From a virus, in IMG/VR virus record IMGVR_UViG_3300036766_000670, positions 1 through 64,000 of that record: a stretch of DNA of 64,000 nucleotides; one strand, given 5' to 3'. Within the stretch, counting starts at the first letter, position 1. Every line of letters starts with the position of its first letter. The notes beneath the pieces were generated by a model. That model made no database searches. It worked only from the letters and a program-made list of their open reading frames with translations, and had not been told where the DNA came from. This document shows positions 1 to 9,239 of this stretch, piece by piece. Position numbers and translations under genes: made by a program.

Positions 1-1577
1 CATCCTCATTTGCTACGTCTGCATCTTACATTACCGCATCTAATATTGCTGGAACTATAACCAGTGCTTCATATGCCATTTCTGCTTCTTATGCACCACA
101 AATTCCATTCCCTAATACTATTGCTTCGGCATCTTGGGCATCTAGCTCGATCTCCAGTTCACAAGCTAATACAGCATCTTTTATCACTGCATCTAACGTG
201 GTTGGAACCATAACTTCTGCTTCATTTGCGATAAGCGCATCGTATGCTCCGTTTAGTGATAATCCAAATGCCATATCTGCCTCTTGGGCTTCTTCAAGCA
301 TTTCTTCAAGTTATGCTGATACTGCTTCTTATGCCTTAAATGCTGGTAATGCCTATGCAATCAACTTTATTCCAGCAGTAGCCACGAGTGCTTCTTGGGT
401 ATCTGCTAGTGTCAAGATCACAACAGCAGATACGGCCTCATATGTCACCGGATCAAATGTAAATGGAGAAGTATTAAGTGCTGGAACGGCGACGACAGCA
501 ACCAGTTCTTCGTTCGCTTCGGAATCAATATCAGCAAGTTATTCAACAAATGCGGAAACGGCATATGCGATTAATTTCATTCCAGTAGTGGCCACAAGTG
601 CATCGTGGGTTTCGGCTTCTGTTAAAATTACAACTGCCGATACAGCATCCTATATCAATGCATCCAATGTTATAGGGATAGTTGCCAGTGCTTCTTATGC
701 GGCAACATCATCTTATATGGTGATAACAATGGTTGCTTCTGCATCATGGGCATCAAGTTCGATTTCTAGTTCGCAAGCTGCTACGGCTTCATTATTGATT
801 GAAAATGGAGTAATATCCAATATGTTTCCATACTGGAATAATAATATTCTCACTACTTCGAGTATTCTCCAATTTACTTCTTCCACTCTCAATGGAAATC
901 AACTTAAAGTGGGGCCAGAAGTAACTTATGGAGATTATTTGCTTATAGGAGGAAAAGCCAATTTTACTCAAGAAGGTCAAAGAATATCAGCAGATGTGGG
1001 AAATCTTTTCATTGATACAAGTGGTTCGGCAAACAAAGTTTATTTGAACTTTTATGGTGGTGGAGATGTAATTACAAATGTAAATGGAGGAAAATTAGGA
1101 GTAAATACCTCTGCCCCAAATGCTCAACTTGATGTTAATGGTAATATCCATGCTAATAGCATTACAAGTTCTCTAGATGGAACCGCTAGTTGGGCAAACA
1201 ATGTTGTTAGTGGACGTTCTATTATGTTATGTTCAGCTTACACCCCACTAATCTCAGGCCCAGATATAGGTGAAGTTCCAGTGCCTTATTCGCCGTTAGA
1301 CGGTACAACATCATTAATTTATACAGTTAGACGATTAGTTTTCAGGGTACAAACTTCCGCCAATGATACGTCTATAATTGCAATTGAGAAATCAACCGGC
1401 ACTGGTGGATTTTCGGCTACAACCATTGGCTCTGTAACATTATCCTCTGGTAGTTATGAGGCATATAATACGGGTTCTTTGGGTACGATAAACAGTGGGG
1501 ATAAGTTAAGGTTTAATATAACAACACTCGGAAGTGCCCAAAACTGGATCACAATTTGCGAAATCTCGTCGCCTTGA
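1..1577 (+). CDS. Tail fibre/virion surface protein with Ser/Ala-rich repeats (5' partial)
   Basis: Frame is open from position 3, upstream of the track start at 198. Repeated ASWASSSISSS/ADTASY motifs, and a tail-fibre-type KLGVNTSAPNAQLDVNG motif. Confidence 0.75.
   Translation, partial: SSFATSASYITASNIAGTITSASYAISASYAPQIPFPNTIASASWASSSISSSQANTASFITASNVVGTITSASFAISASYAPFSDNPNAISASWASSSISSSYADTASYALNAGNAYAINFIPAVATSASWVSASVKITTADTASYVTGSNVNGEVLSAGTATTATSSSFASESISASYSTNAETAYAINFIPVVATSASWVSASVKITTADTASYINASNVIGIVASASYAATSSYMVITMVASASWASSSISSSQAATASLLIENGVISNMFPYWNNNILTTSSILQFTSSTLNGNQLKVGPEVTYGDYLLIGGKANFTQEGQRISADVGNLFIDTSGSANKVYLNFYGGGDVITNVNGGKLGVNTSAPNAQLDVNGNIHANSITSSLDGTASWANNVVSGRSIMLCSAYTPLISGPDIGEVPVPYSPLDGTTSLIYTVRRLVFRVQTSANDTSIIAIEKSTGTGGFSATTIGSVTLSSGSYEAYNTGSLGTINSGDKLRFNITTLGSAQNWITICEISSP
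351..653 (+). repeat. Two 31-codon intragenic repeats (351-443, 561-653)
   Basis: AYAINFIP(A/V)VATSASWVSASVKITTADTASY occurs twice, with many synonymous differences. Confidence 0.9.
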
Positions 1578-1589
1578 TATTTATAGCAT

Positions 1590-2525
1590 ATGCCGACATC
1601 ACATTTTACTATTTTTCGTAATTCAGATACCAATGCGCCAGCATTAAATGGTCAATCCGGTAGTTTGGTTTCAATATTGGATTATGTATTAGTAACTGGT
1701 TCTGGTTGGATAAAATCTTTTAGCGGCACTAATAGTGCGGTTTATCATATGCCGACTGGTTCTGGATTTTATTTGAATGTCCAAGACACCGCAATAACAA
1801 CTTCTAAGGAAGCTCAAATATGGGGTTATGAAGTGGCAACTGCTCAGAATATTGGAACCAATCAGTTTCCTTCTATGAGCCAAGGAATAAATAATAACGG
1901 ATATCTTCCTGTAAGAAAAAGCTCAACGGCGGATTCGACTTCCAGAACATGGATTGTCTTTGCTGATTCAATGAGTTTTTATTTCTACAATATTACCGGG
2001 GATAGCAGCGCCACTACTACATACTTAGGATGGCAATTTGGAGATTTTTATTCATTCAAATCAAACGATCCATATAGATGTATAATACAGGGAAGAACGT
2101 CAGAAAATGCTATTGCTACCAATGCTAATGCCTTGGAAATTTTATCTTTGCTAAATACAACAGTGACAAGCGTATATGTTGCCCGGTCCTATCTTGCTGG
2201 CCCGAATAGTAATAGTTTGGCGGTTGGAAAACACGGCGATGGTGCTAAAGGTTCAACCACAATAATGAATGGGACTACCCAATATCCCAACCTCCCAGAT
2301 AATGCTTTGTATATGAGTCCAGTATGGATTACCGAGCCTAGTACTAATACACTAAGAGGTCAAATGAGAGGATTTTATCAAATACTCCACGCTCAAGGAC
2401 GTTTTTCAGACGGAGAACAATTTACTGGTTCCAATTCTTTCGTAAGTAAATCGTTTTATATATTACCCGGAACCAATACAGGACTTTATTGCATGGAAAC
2501 CAGTAATACAATTTTAACAAACTAA
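1590..2525 (+). CDS. Tail-fibre-associated virion protein, paralog 1
   Basis: APALNGQSGSLV..LD N-terminus; collinear with the next ORF along its whole length; follows the fibre gene. Confidence 0.6.
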   Translation: MPTSHFTIFRNSDTNAPALNGQSGSLVSILDYVLVTGSGWIKSFSGTNSAVYHMPTGSGFYLNVQDTAITTSKEAQIWGYEVATAQNIGTNQFPSMSQGINNNGYLPVRKSSTADSTSRTWIVFADSMSFYFYNITGDSSATTTYLGWQFGDFYSFKSNDPYRCIIQGRTSENAIATNANALEILSLLNTTVTSVYVARSYLAGPNSNSLAVGKHGDGAKGSTTIMNGTTQYPNLPDNALYMSPVWITEPSTNTLRGQMRGFYQILHAQGRFSDGEQFTGSNSFVSKSFYILPGTNTGLYCMETSNTILTN

Positions 2526-2526
2526 T

Positions 2527-3471
2527 ATGTCATATCAATTCACAATCATAAAATCAACTAATGTAGGCGCTCCAACACTTAACGGTCAATCGGGAAGTCT
2601 TGTCGCAGTTTTGGATTTTTGTTTAACCGGCTCAGTAACCGGATGGACAAGAACATTTACAAGTTCAAGTTCAGGAACAGTAACAAGAGCACAATACCAA
2701 ATGCCATCTGGCTCAAGAATGTCCATCAATATTCAAGATGATGCCATTGGAACGGGTGGAGCGAAGGAAGCAAGAATATTTGCTTTTGAAAGTGGTTCTG
2801 CAATTGATGCCGGTTCTGGTCAGTTTCCATTAGCAGGGCAGGGTGTTGCAGGCACGGGTGGATATTTAATAGCAAGAAAGAGCACAAGTGCTGATACAAC
2901 GGCAAGAGTATGGCAATGTTTTGCTGATAGTTCTACCTTCTACTTTTTTGCACAAACCGGAGACCAGGCTAGTACCTATGAAGCATTTATGTTTGGAGAT
3001 ATTTATTCTTTAAAATCTAATGACCTATATAGATGCATAATCATCGGTAGAGCATCTGAAAACACCACAGCAACCGAAACTACGGACACTTTAGCAGCAA
3101 TAAATACTGCGGTAGCTGGACATTATATGTCAAGAACATATGGCGGTGGAGGAGTTTCAACTGCTGTAGGGAAACATGGCGATGCAGTCAAAGGTTCTAC
3201 TACAGCGTTAAACGGAACAGTTCAATATCCTAATGGTCCCGATGGAACAATGTATATCTCGCCAGTGTGGGTTCATGAAAATGCTTCGTCGACAGTCAGA
3301 GGCAGATTGCGAGGATCTTATCAAATATGTCATGCAATTGCTAATTTTAGTGATGGTGATACTTTTAACGGAAGTTCAACGTTGGTAGGTAAAACTTTTC
3401 AAATTCTAAAAAGTAGTTGTAATCTTGGTGTATATTGCATAGAAACTTCTGCAACTCTGGAGACAAATTAA
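2527..3471 (+). CDS. Tail-fibre-associated virion protein, paralog 2
   Basis: Shares LNGQSGSL, RKS.TAD, FGD.YS.KSND.YRCII.GR, VGKHGD..KGSTT and QYPN.PD with the previous ORF. Confidence 0.6.
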   Translation: MSYQFTIIKSTNVGAPTLNGQSGSLVAVLDFCLTGSVTGWTRTFTSSSSGTVTRAQYQMPSGSRMSINIQDDAIGTGGAKEARIFAFESGSAIDAGSGQFPLAGQGVAGTGGYLIARKSTSADTTARVWQCFADSSTFYFFAQTGDQASTYEAFMFGDIYSLKSNDLYRCIIIGRASENTTATETTDTLAAINTAVAGHYMSRTYGGGGVSTAVGKHGDAVKGSTTALNGTVQYPNGPDGTMYISPVWVHENASSTVRGRLRGSYQICHAIANFSDGDTFNGSSTLVGKTFQILKSSCNLGVYCIETSATLETN

Positions 3472-3477
3472 CATAAC

Positions 3478-3942
3478 ATGAGTGCTTTAGCTTATAGTGG
3501 TTCAAATGGATGTTTAGCCGATGCGGGTAAAATAGGTGTTCTAAAAGCACTTAATCTCGGTGGTCAAATCGCTTATATAAATGGTATAACCGAATATTTC
3601 ACTGATGGTTCTCCTGCGGCACCGTGTATGCAAATTGCTATTCCTAATAGTTTTCGTTTTCGTTGGGTCATTCATACAGGTGTAAATACAATACAGGTAA
3701 ATGCCAAACAAGTTGTTAATCAAAATCCAAGACCTAGTATAACCGTAAGAGCAAATTCATCAATAGGCATACCGAATGATATTATTGCTTATGCTCCGAG
3801 TGGAAATGGATGGACAACTACTAATACTATTACTATAAATAATACATCAGGAAATAAAGGAGCGGTGTATGTTGATTTAGCAAATAACTACGGTGGACAA
3901 TCTAATACACCAGCCTATTTTGACCATATTGTAACCAGCTAG
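3478..3942 (+). CDS. Hypothetical beta-rich virion protein
   Basis: 154-aa ORF tightly coupled to the fibre cluster. Confidence 0.5.
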   Translation: MSALAYSGSNGCLADAGKIGVLKALNLGGQIAYINGITEYFTDGSPAAPCMQIAIPNSFRFRWVIHTGVNTIQVNAKQVVNQNPRPSITVRANSSIGIPNDIIAYAPSGNGWTTTNTITINNTSGNKGAVYVDLANNYGGQSNTPAYFDHIVTS

Positions 3943-3989
3943 TATAATAACTTGAAAAGAGACATAAAATGAAGTACAATATTGTCAAT

Positions 3990-4479
3990 ATGAAGGAAAT
4001 CCAATTAGCAAATAATAAAGGTGTTGTTTTTATTGATAATAAAGATTACGATTTAGTATTACAATATAAATGGTGTTTGCCTACTCGTGATAAATATCCA
4101 ACAATCTCAATTCATGCTGGATATTATAAACAAAAATAAATCAAAATGCATCATCTAATCCTTCCACTTACAAAAGATGTGGAAATAGACCATATCAATC
4201 ATAATGGCTTAGATAATAGACGTTGTAATTTGAGATTAGTAACACATCAACAAAATATTCAAAATACATCAGTTCGTAAACAGAAAAAAAACTTCTAAAT
4301 ACAAAGGTGTATCTTGGTTTAAGAGAGATAGCACTTGGAGAGCATATATAGGAAAAGATTGTAGTGGGAAACAGACGCATCTTGGATATTTTAACACAGA
4401 GATAGAAGCAGCAAGGGCATACAATGAAGCTGCAACAAAATACTTTGGTAAATATGCTTGTTTAAACGAAGGATTATAA
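3990..4479 (+). pseudogene. HNH-AP2 homing endonuclease, disrupted
   Basis: Manual translation: MKEIQLANNKG...YKQK, in-frame TAA at 4137-4139, then IDHINHNGLDNRRCNLR (HNH). After a +1 shift at A8 (4284-4291): TSKYKGVSW...WRAYI...HLGYFNTEIEAARAYNEAA.KYFG (AP2). Missed by the ORF track. Confidence 0.85.
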
Positions 4480-4480
4480 T

Positions 4481-4639
4481 ATGACGGTTAACGAAATCGA
4501 TGTTTGGATGAATAATGTGCCCGTGATTGAACAGGCTGGCGATTATGACTTTGCTACCTGGCTTGATGGTGTTCCTGTATTGGAACAAGGTGGACAGGGT
4601 GGCTCTGGATTGGAAAGACGCAGAGCAGAAATATTCTAA
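4481..4639 (+). CDS. 52-aa protein with an internal repeat
   Basis: MTVNEIDVWMNNVPVIEQAGDYDFATWLDGVPVLEQGGQGGSGLERRRAEIF; below the ORF-track cutoff. Confidence 0.65.
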   Translation: MTVNEIDVWMNNVPVIEQAGDYDFATWLDGVPVLEQGGQGGSGLERRRAEIF

Positions 4640-4687
4640 TCCATAAACTTTATTAACCCTCAACAATATGTATAAAAAGTAAATCAT

Positions 4688-4996
4688 ATGTCACAGTCAA
4701 TCAAAATTACAGAGTCGGAATTTGCGGAGATTAAAATGCTTCAAAACAAATTTCAGGAAAGTATTCAACGACTTGGTTTGTTAGGTGTTGAAAAAATGGA
4801 ATTAGATCGCCTAGTAACTGAGTTTGTCGAGAAAGAAAAAAAGTTGAAAGATGAGTGGATTAGCCTTCAAAAATTGGAACAAGGACTTCTCGATAAGATC
4901 ATAGCCAAATACGGAGAAGGAAATCTTTCTATGTCAGATGGAACTTTTATCCCATCAATTATAGCACAAGCTCCGTTGGTCAAAGGAACGGTATAA
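4688..4996 (+). CDS. Small coiled-coil protein
   Basis: Heptad-rich 102-aa ORF ending KYGEGNLSM.DGTF; TATGTATA upstream. Confidence 0.6.
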   Translation: MSQSIKITESEFAEIKMLQNKFQESIQRLGLLGVEKMELDRLVTEFVEKEKKLKDEWISLQKLEQGLLDKIIAKYGEGNLSMSDGTFIPSIIAQAPLVKGTV

Positions 4997-5088
4997 ATAT
5001 TTGCATCTTCATGTTTTTGGCAGATATTTATAACTGAATAACAACTTTCTTTAGAGACCAACAATCGTATTGAAAGAAGGACAAATAT

Positions 5089-8000
5089 ATGCCAATCACA
5101 GAAGGTGGACAATGGAGTCCAGATAGAAAAATAATAAGCCCCGGTGTATTCACTCGGGAGATAGACCAGTCTGGTATCGCACAAGGCGTAGCGGATATTG
5201 GAGCAGTCGTAGTTGCACCATTTGCTAAGGGGCCAGGATTTTCGCCAACACTTTGTTCAGATATGACAACTCTGCAACAAGCGTTCGGGGTTCCTGATGG
5301 TAATTTATATGGCCCATATACTGCTCAACAGTATTTACAGGAAAAAGGATTTGTAACGGTTTGCCGTGTTGGTGCTCTTACTGGATATCATCAAAAGTAT
5401 CCGTGGGTCATTTGGGCAGAAGAAGGAAATTGGCTTCGTTATCCTGACGCTGGATGGTTGGATTATACCATCTCCTCAATATCTTCGACTGGTCTTTATT
5501 TCATATCCGCTTCCTCAAATGGAATTACAGCCAATTCGGCTGGATACACAGGTTCTATCACCTTTACCGCTCAACCAGTAACTCTTACATTAATTAATGG
5601 AGTAGCAACAGCTAATCCACTTGGAAGCAATACTGGTTCAATGCTTCTTCATCAACCATATCCTGCAAGTGGTAGCACACTGTACACCGGACAAACAGTT
5701 GCTGGACACATCAATGGTATATTTTCATTTACTGGCTCATTGAATGTTTCCACTGCTTCGGCAACATCTGCTTCGCTAATAAGTCAACTTTTTACTCAAG
5801 GTCTATTCAGTGGAAATATCTATGGTGTCCAATTTACAAGTAGTCAAGTTCCATTTAATACGGCCAATTTCTATGGTAACACTCTTCAAATCAGCCAGTC
5901 TTACGGAATTTGTAATTTACTGGTGTTAAATATTGCTGGATGTCTTACTGGAAGTCTTGGAAAGTATGGACTCGGATTTCTCGCTGGAAGTAATAATACT
6001 TTTGATCCATGCACAGGAATATGGACTGCCAGCGGATCGGCAATTAAAGTGTTGGCAGTTCTTGCCGATACTCAAAATGCCGAGATTGATAGCACTTTGC
6101 ACGCCCCAGGCTTTTTAGGTTCTACTCAAAGCTATAATCCTCTTGTCAGCGGTTCGACCAATATTGGATTAGATTTTGATATCCAGTTGAGCCAATCATT
6201 AAATGGTGCTTATGGTACATATCATTTCTCTCTCAATCCAGAAAGTCCAAAATACATTACTAATGTATTTGGTGAAGATTCGAGAGCGGGCAATCCATCA
6301 ACATACGTTCAAGGCACTAAAATTGAGGCCGCTTATCTCTATAAACTTTTCGAAGATGATATTGCCGTTGTTGCCACAGATCCAACTAAATGGCAAGTTC
6401 ATGGAGATGAAATGCCATCTGGTTCATGGACCGGCGAACCTTTGAATTTCACTGATCAATGGTCTTTGAATTTGCTAAATGGTGATTCTGCATATAGTTT
6501 AACTAATGCTTATACTCCGTGGATTCTTTCTCAACAAATATCTGCTTGGAATGGCGGAAAAGCAACTCGCTTTCCATTGTTCCAGCTTGCAACTTTGTCA
6601 GACGGTACTTACACCAATACTTCCTTCAAAATTGAAATCTCTAATGTAAAATTAGCGGGTACAGTCGCCGGAAGTGATTGGGGTTCATTTACCTTAACGG
6701 TTCGTGCTTATAGTGATACGGATAAAAGACCTCAAATCCTTGAACAATTTAATAACTTATCTCTTGACCCAACTTCTGCAAACTTCATTGCTCGCAGAAT
6801 TGGTGATCGCTATAATTACATCCGTTTTGATGGTAAAATCATTGAATTTGGAACATACACTAATAATAGCAAGAATATTCGTGTTGTAATGTCGCCAAAT
6901 CCATATCCAACAACCGCTGTTCCTTATGGATTTCAAGCTCTCTCTAGCCCAGTTAATGGAGCAATTGGAAATTGGTGCAATCCAATGGCATATACCAAAG
7001 CATCAATTTATAGTTTATTCCCTGGCAAATATACCTCAGGTATTGACTTTGTTGGCGTTCCTCCAGGGGCGGATGCAGAACTTACATCTTTGTATCCAAC
7101 ATCGTCAGTTGGTGAAGGGCACTGGAAAGATAATCTTCAATACTTCGCTCCGTTGCCAGCAGGATCAACGATTGGCAGTAATACGGAATTTGCTCTTGAT
7201 GATGTTATCACTGTAAATGGTGTTGGAACTGGTTCTTTCCTTGATCCATCGTTGAGTGGAAGCATTCCATCAACCTACGACGCAGCTAACGAAACCACCT
7301 ACGTCAAGATGCGTAAGTTCGTCTTTGGATTCCAAGGTGGATTTGATGGACAATCTCCAGCTATTCCTGAAAATGTTGGTGAAGATCTTGAGCCGGGTAA
7401 TACTCAGGGTTTGGATTGTACTAATAGTACAACAGCAGGATCGATTGCCTATAATCAGTGTATCGGTGCTCTTGGAAATGCCGATGAATTTGATATTAAC
7501 TTGATCGTTGTTCCCGGTATTATCTATTCCTTACACTCTTACGTTACTACCCTTGTAGTTGAGATGTGTGAGAATCGTGGAGATTGTTTCTTTATTCTTG
7601 ACATGTATAAAGACAGCGGTAATCCAACCACGGGTCAAATTGATGAAGTAGTCAATCTTGCCAAAGAATTTGATACTAACTATGCAGGTACTTATTATCC
7701 TTGGGTCAAGATATTAGATACGAATATAAATCAAATCGTAACTGTTCCACCATCAGTAGTGCTTCTAGCCGTATATGCTGCTAACGATAAAGTTGCGGCA
7801 GAATGGTATGCGGTAGCCGGTCTCAATCGTGGTGGAATCACTCAGGCAGTACAATTGACTGATCGCACTACTCATACCGAACGTGATACTCTGTATGAAG
7901 GAAAAGTCAATCCTATCTGCACATTCCCAGGACAAGGTATTGTAGTTTGGGGTCAAAAAACTTTACAGAATAAGGATTCTGCAACCAATAGAATCAATGT

Positions 8001-8307
8001 TCGTCGTTTGCTTATTGCGGTTAAAAAGTTCTTCGCCTCGACGGCAAGATACTTGGTGTTCGAACAGAATACAGCAGAAACTCGCAACAAATTCTTGGCG
8101 ATTGTTAATCCATATCTTGAAAGTGTACAGCAACGCAGTGGTTTGTATGCCTTCCAAGTCAAGATGGACGCCAGCAACAATACCCCAGATTTGATTGACC
8201 AGAATATTCTGTACGGCCAAATCTACTTACAGCCAACTAGAACTGCGGAGTTCATTCTCTTGGACTTTTATATCCTCCCGAGTGGGGCGAGTTTTCCTAC
8301 AGCGTAA
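5089..8307 (+). CDS. Contractile tail sheath protein (T4 gp18-like) with large insertion
   Basis: N-terminal SPGVFTREID; C-terminal YYPWV, AGLNRG, NPI, WGQKT, RINVRRL, FEQN and LQPTRTAEFI motifs. Confidence 0.95.
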   Translation: MPITEGGQWSPDRKIISPGVFTREIDQSGIAQGVADIGAVVVAPFAKGPGFSPTLCSDMTTLQQAFGVPDGNLYGPYTAQQYLQEKGFVTVCRVGALTGYHQKYPWVIWAEEGNWLRYPDAGWLDYTISSISSTGLYFISASSNGITANSAGYTGSITFTAQPVTLTLINGVATANPLGSNTGSMLLHQPYPASGSTLYTGQTVAGHINGIFSFTGSLNVSTASATSASLISQLFTQGLFSGNIYGVQFTSSQVPFNTANFYGNTLQISQSYGICNLLVLNIAGCLTGSLGKYGLGFLAGSNNTFDPCTGIWTASGSAIKVLAVLADTQNAEIDSTLHAPGFLGSTQSYNPLVSGSTNIGLDFDIQLSQSLNGAYGTYHFSLNPESPKYITNVFGEDSRAGNPSTYVQGTKIEAAYLYKLFEDDIAVVATDPTKWQVHGDEMPSGSWTGEPLNFTDQWSLNLLNGDSAYSLTNAYTPWILSQQISAWNGGKATRFPLFQLATLSDGTYTNTSFKIEISNVKLAGTVAGSDWGSFTLTVRAYSDTDKRPQILEQFNNLSLDPTSANFIARRIGDRYNYIRFDGKIIEFGTYTNNSKNIRVVMSPNPYPTTAVPYGFQALSSPVNGAIGNWCNPMAYTKASIYSLFPGKYTSGIDFVGVPPGADAELTSLYPTSSVGEGHWKDNLQYFAPLPAGSTIGSNTEFALDDVITVNGVGTGSFLDPSLSGSIPSTYDAANETTYVKMRKFVFGFQGGFDGQSPAIPENVGEDLEPGNTQGLDCTNSTTAGSIAYNQCIGALGNADEFDINLIVVPGIIYSLHSYVTTLVVEMCENRGDCFFILDMYKDSGNPTTGQIDEVVNLAKEFDTNYAGTYYPWVKILDTNINQIVTVPPSVVLLAVYAANDKVAAEWYAVAGLNRGGITQAVQLTDRTTHTERDTLYEGKVNPICTFPGQGIVVWGQKTLQNKDSATNRINVRRLLIAVKKFFASTARYLVFEQNTAETRNKFLAIVNPYLESVQQRSGLYAFQVKMDASNNTPDLIDQNILYGQIYLQPTRTAEFILLDFYILPSGASFPTA

Positions 8308-8344
8308 ATGATTGGAAATGAAATAGTTGGATAAAAACTTATTC

Positions 8345-8376
8345 AAAGAAAATCCTCATGTTGGGGATTTTCTTTT
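8345..8376 (+). terminator. Intrinsic terminator after the sheath gene
   Basis: AAAGAAAATCCTCA-tgt-TGGGGATTTTCTTT hairpin ending in a T-run. Confidence 0.7.
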
Positions 8377-8419
8377 ATATGTATAGGACAACAATATTTG
8401 GCCAACAGGATAGAACATT

Positions 8420-9202
8420 ATGACATTGTACGGAAATCCAGAAAAAATAAAGAAGATATGTGAATGGACAGGGAAAGAGTTTATGGTCGATTGGAAACAT
8501 AGAAATCAACGATTTATAAATATCCGTGCTATGCGTAACTGGAGAATGGCTCAATGTAGAGAAATAGTTAAATGTCTAACTTGTGGGAAATCTTTTGAAC
8601 GATACAAGAATATACTTCATCTGGATACAGGACTTCCTACTCAATATTGCTCTAATGATTGTAATAGAAAATCTATACATAAGAAAGAGTGTCTTAAAAA
8701 ATGGATAAAAAATCATAATCCAATGGATAACCTTTTATCAAGAGAAAAAATAAAACAATCTAAACTTGAACGATATGGAAACTCAACATATAACAACATT
8801 AAAAAATGTAGAAAAACTATGATGGACAAATATGGAGTCCATTGTGTTTTTTACCTTCCTTCTTGTAAGTCTAATGGAAGGAGAATATCAAAGTTTCAGA
8901 AACGAATATATGAAGATCTTCTTCAACAACATCCAGACGCAGAACTTGAAAAGTATCTCCCAGATGTAAAAAAAGCAGTAGATATTTATATTCCTTCTAC
9001 GAAAAAAGTCATAGAATGCTACGGAGATTATTGGCATTGTAATCCCCAAAAATGTTCTCCTACTTATTACAACTATCTCGTCCATCTTACAGCACAAGAG
9101 ATTTGGGAAAAAGATAGACAAAAAGTTGAGTTACTCAAAAGTGGTGGTTATGATGTGGAAATAATATGGGAGAACAGTAAAAAGAGGTTTATAGAATATT
9201 GA
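8420..9202 (+). CDS. Free-standing PD-(D/E)XK (Vsr/DUF559-like) endonuclease, homing-type
   Basis: Zn-finger-like CxxC motifs, KxTxxxKYG repeats, and VDIY...VIECYGDYWH...IIWE. Confidence 0.75.
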   Translation: MTLYGNPEKIKKICEWTGKEFMVDWKHRNQRFINIRAMRNWRMAQCREIVKCLTCGKSFERYKNILHLDTGLPTQYCSNDCNRKSIHKKECLKKWIKNHNPMDNLLSREKIKQSKLERYGNSTYNNIKKCRKTMMDKYGVHCVFYLPSCKSNGRRISKFQKRIYEDLLQQHPDAELEKYLPDVKKAVDIYIPSTKKVIECYGDYWHCNPQKCSPTYYNYLVHLTAQEIWEKDRQKVELLKSGGYDVEIIWENSKKRFIEY

Positions 9203-9239
9203 CGGGGAGCGTTGTTTCTGCTATATTTATACTTGTATT

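Noticed and set aside
1-790. CRISPR-like or DGR-like repeats
   Set aside because: The repeats are in-frame protein repeats with synonymous divergence. There are no spacers, no adenine-specific pattern and no reverse transcriptase in the window.
4195-4687. Minus-strand ORFs of 61 and 98 aa
   Set aside because: The region is better explained by the plus-strand HNH-AP2 pseudogene and the 52-aa ORF.
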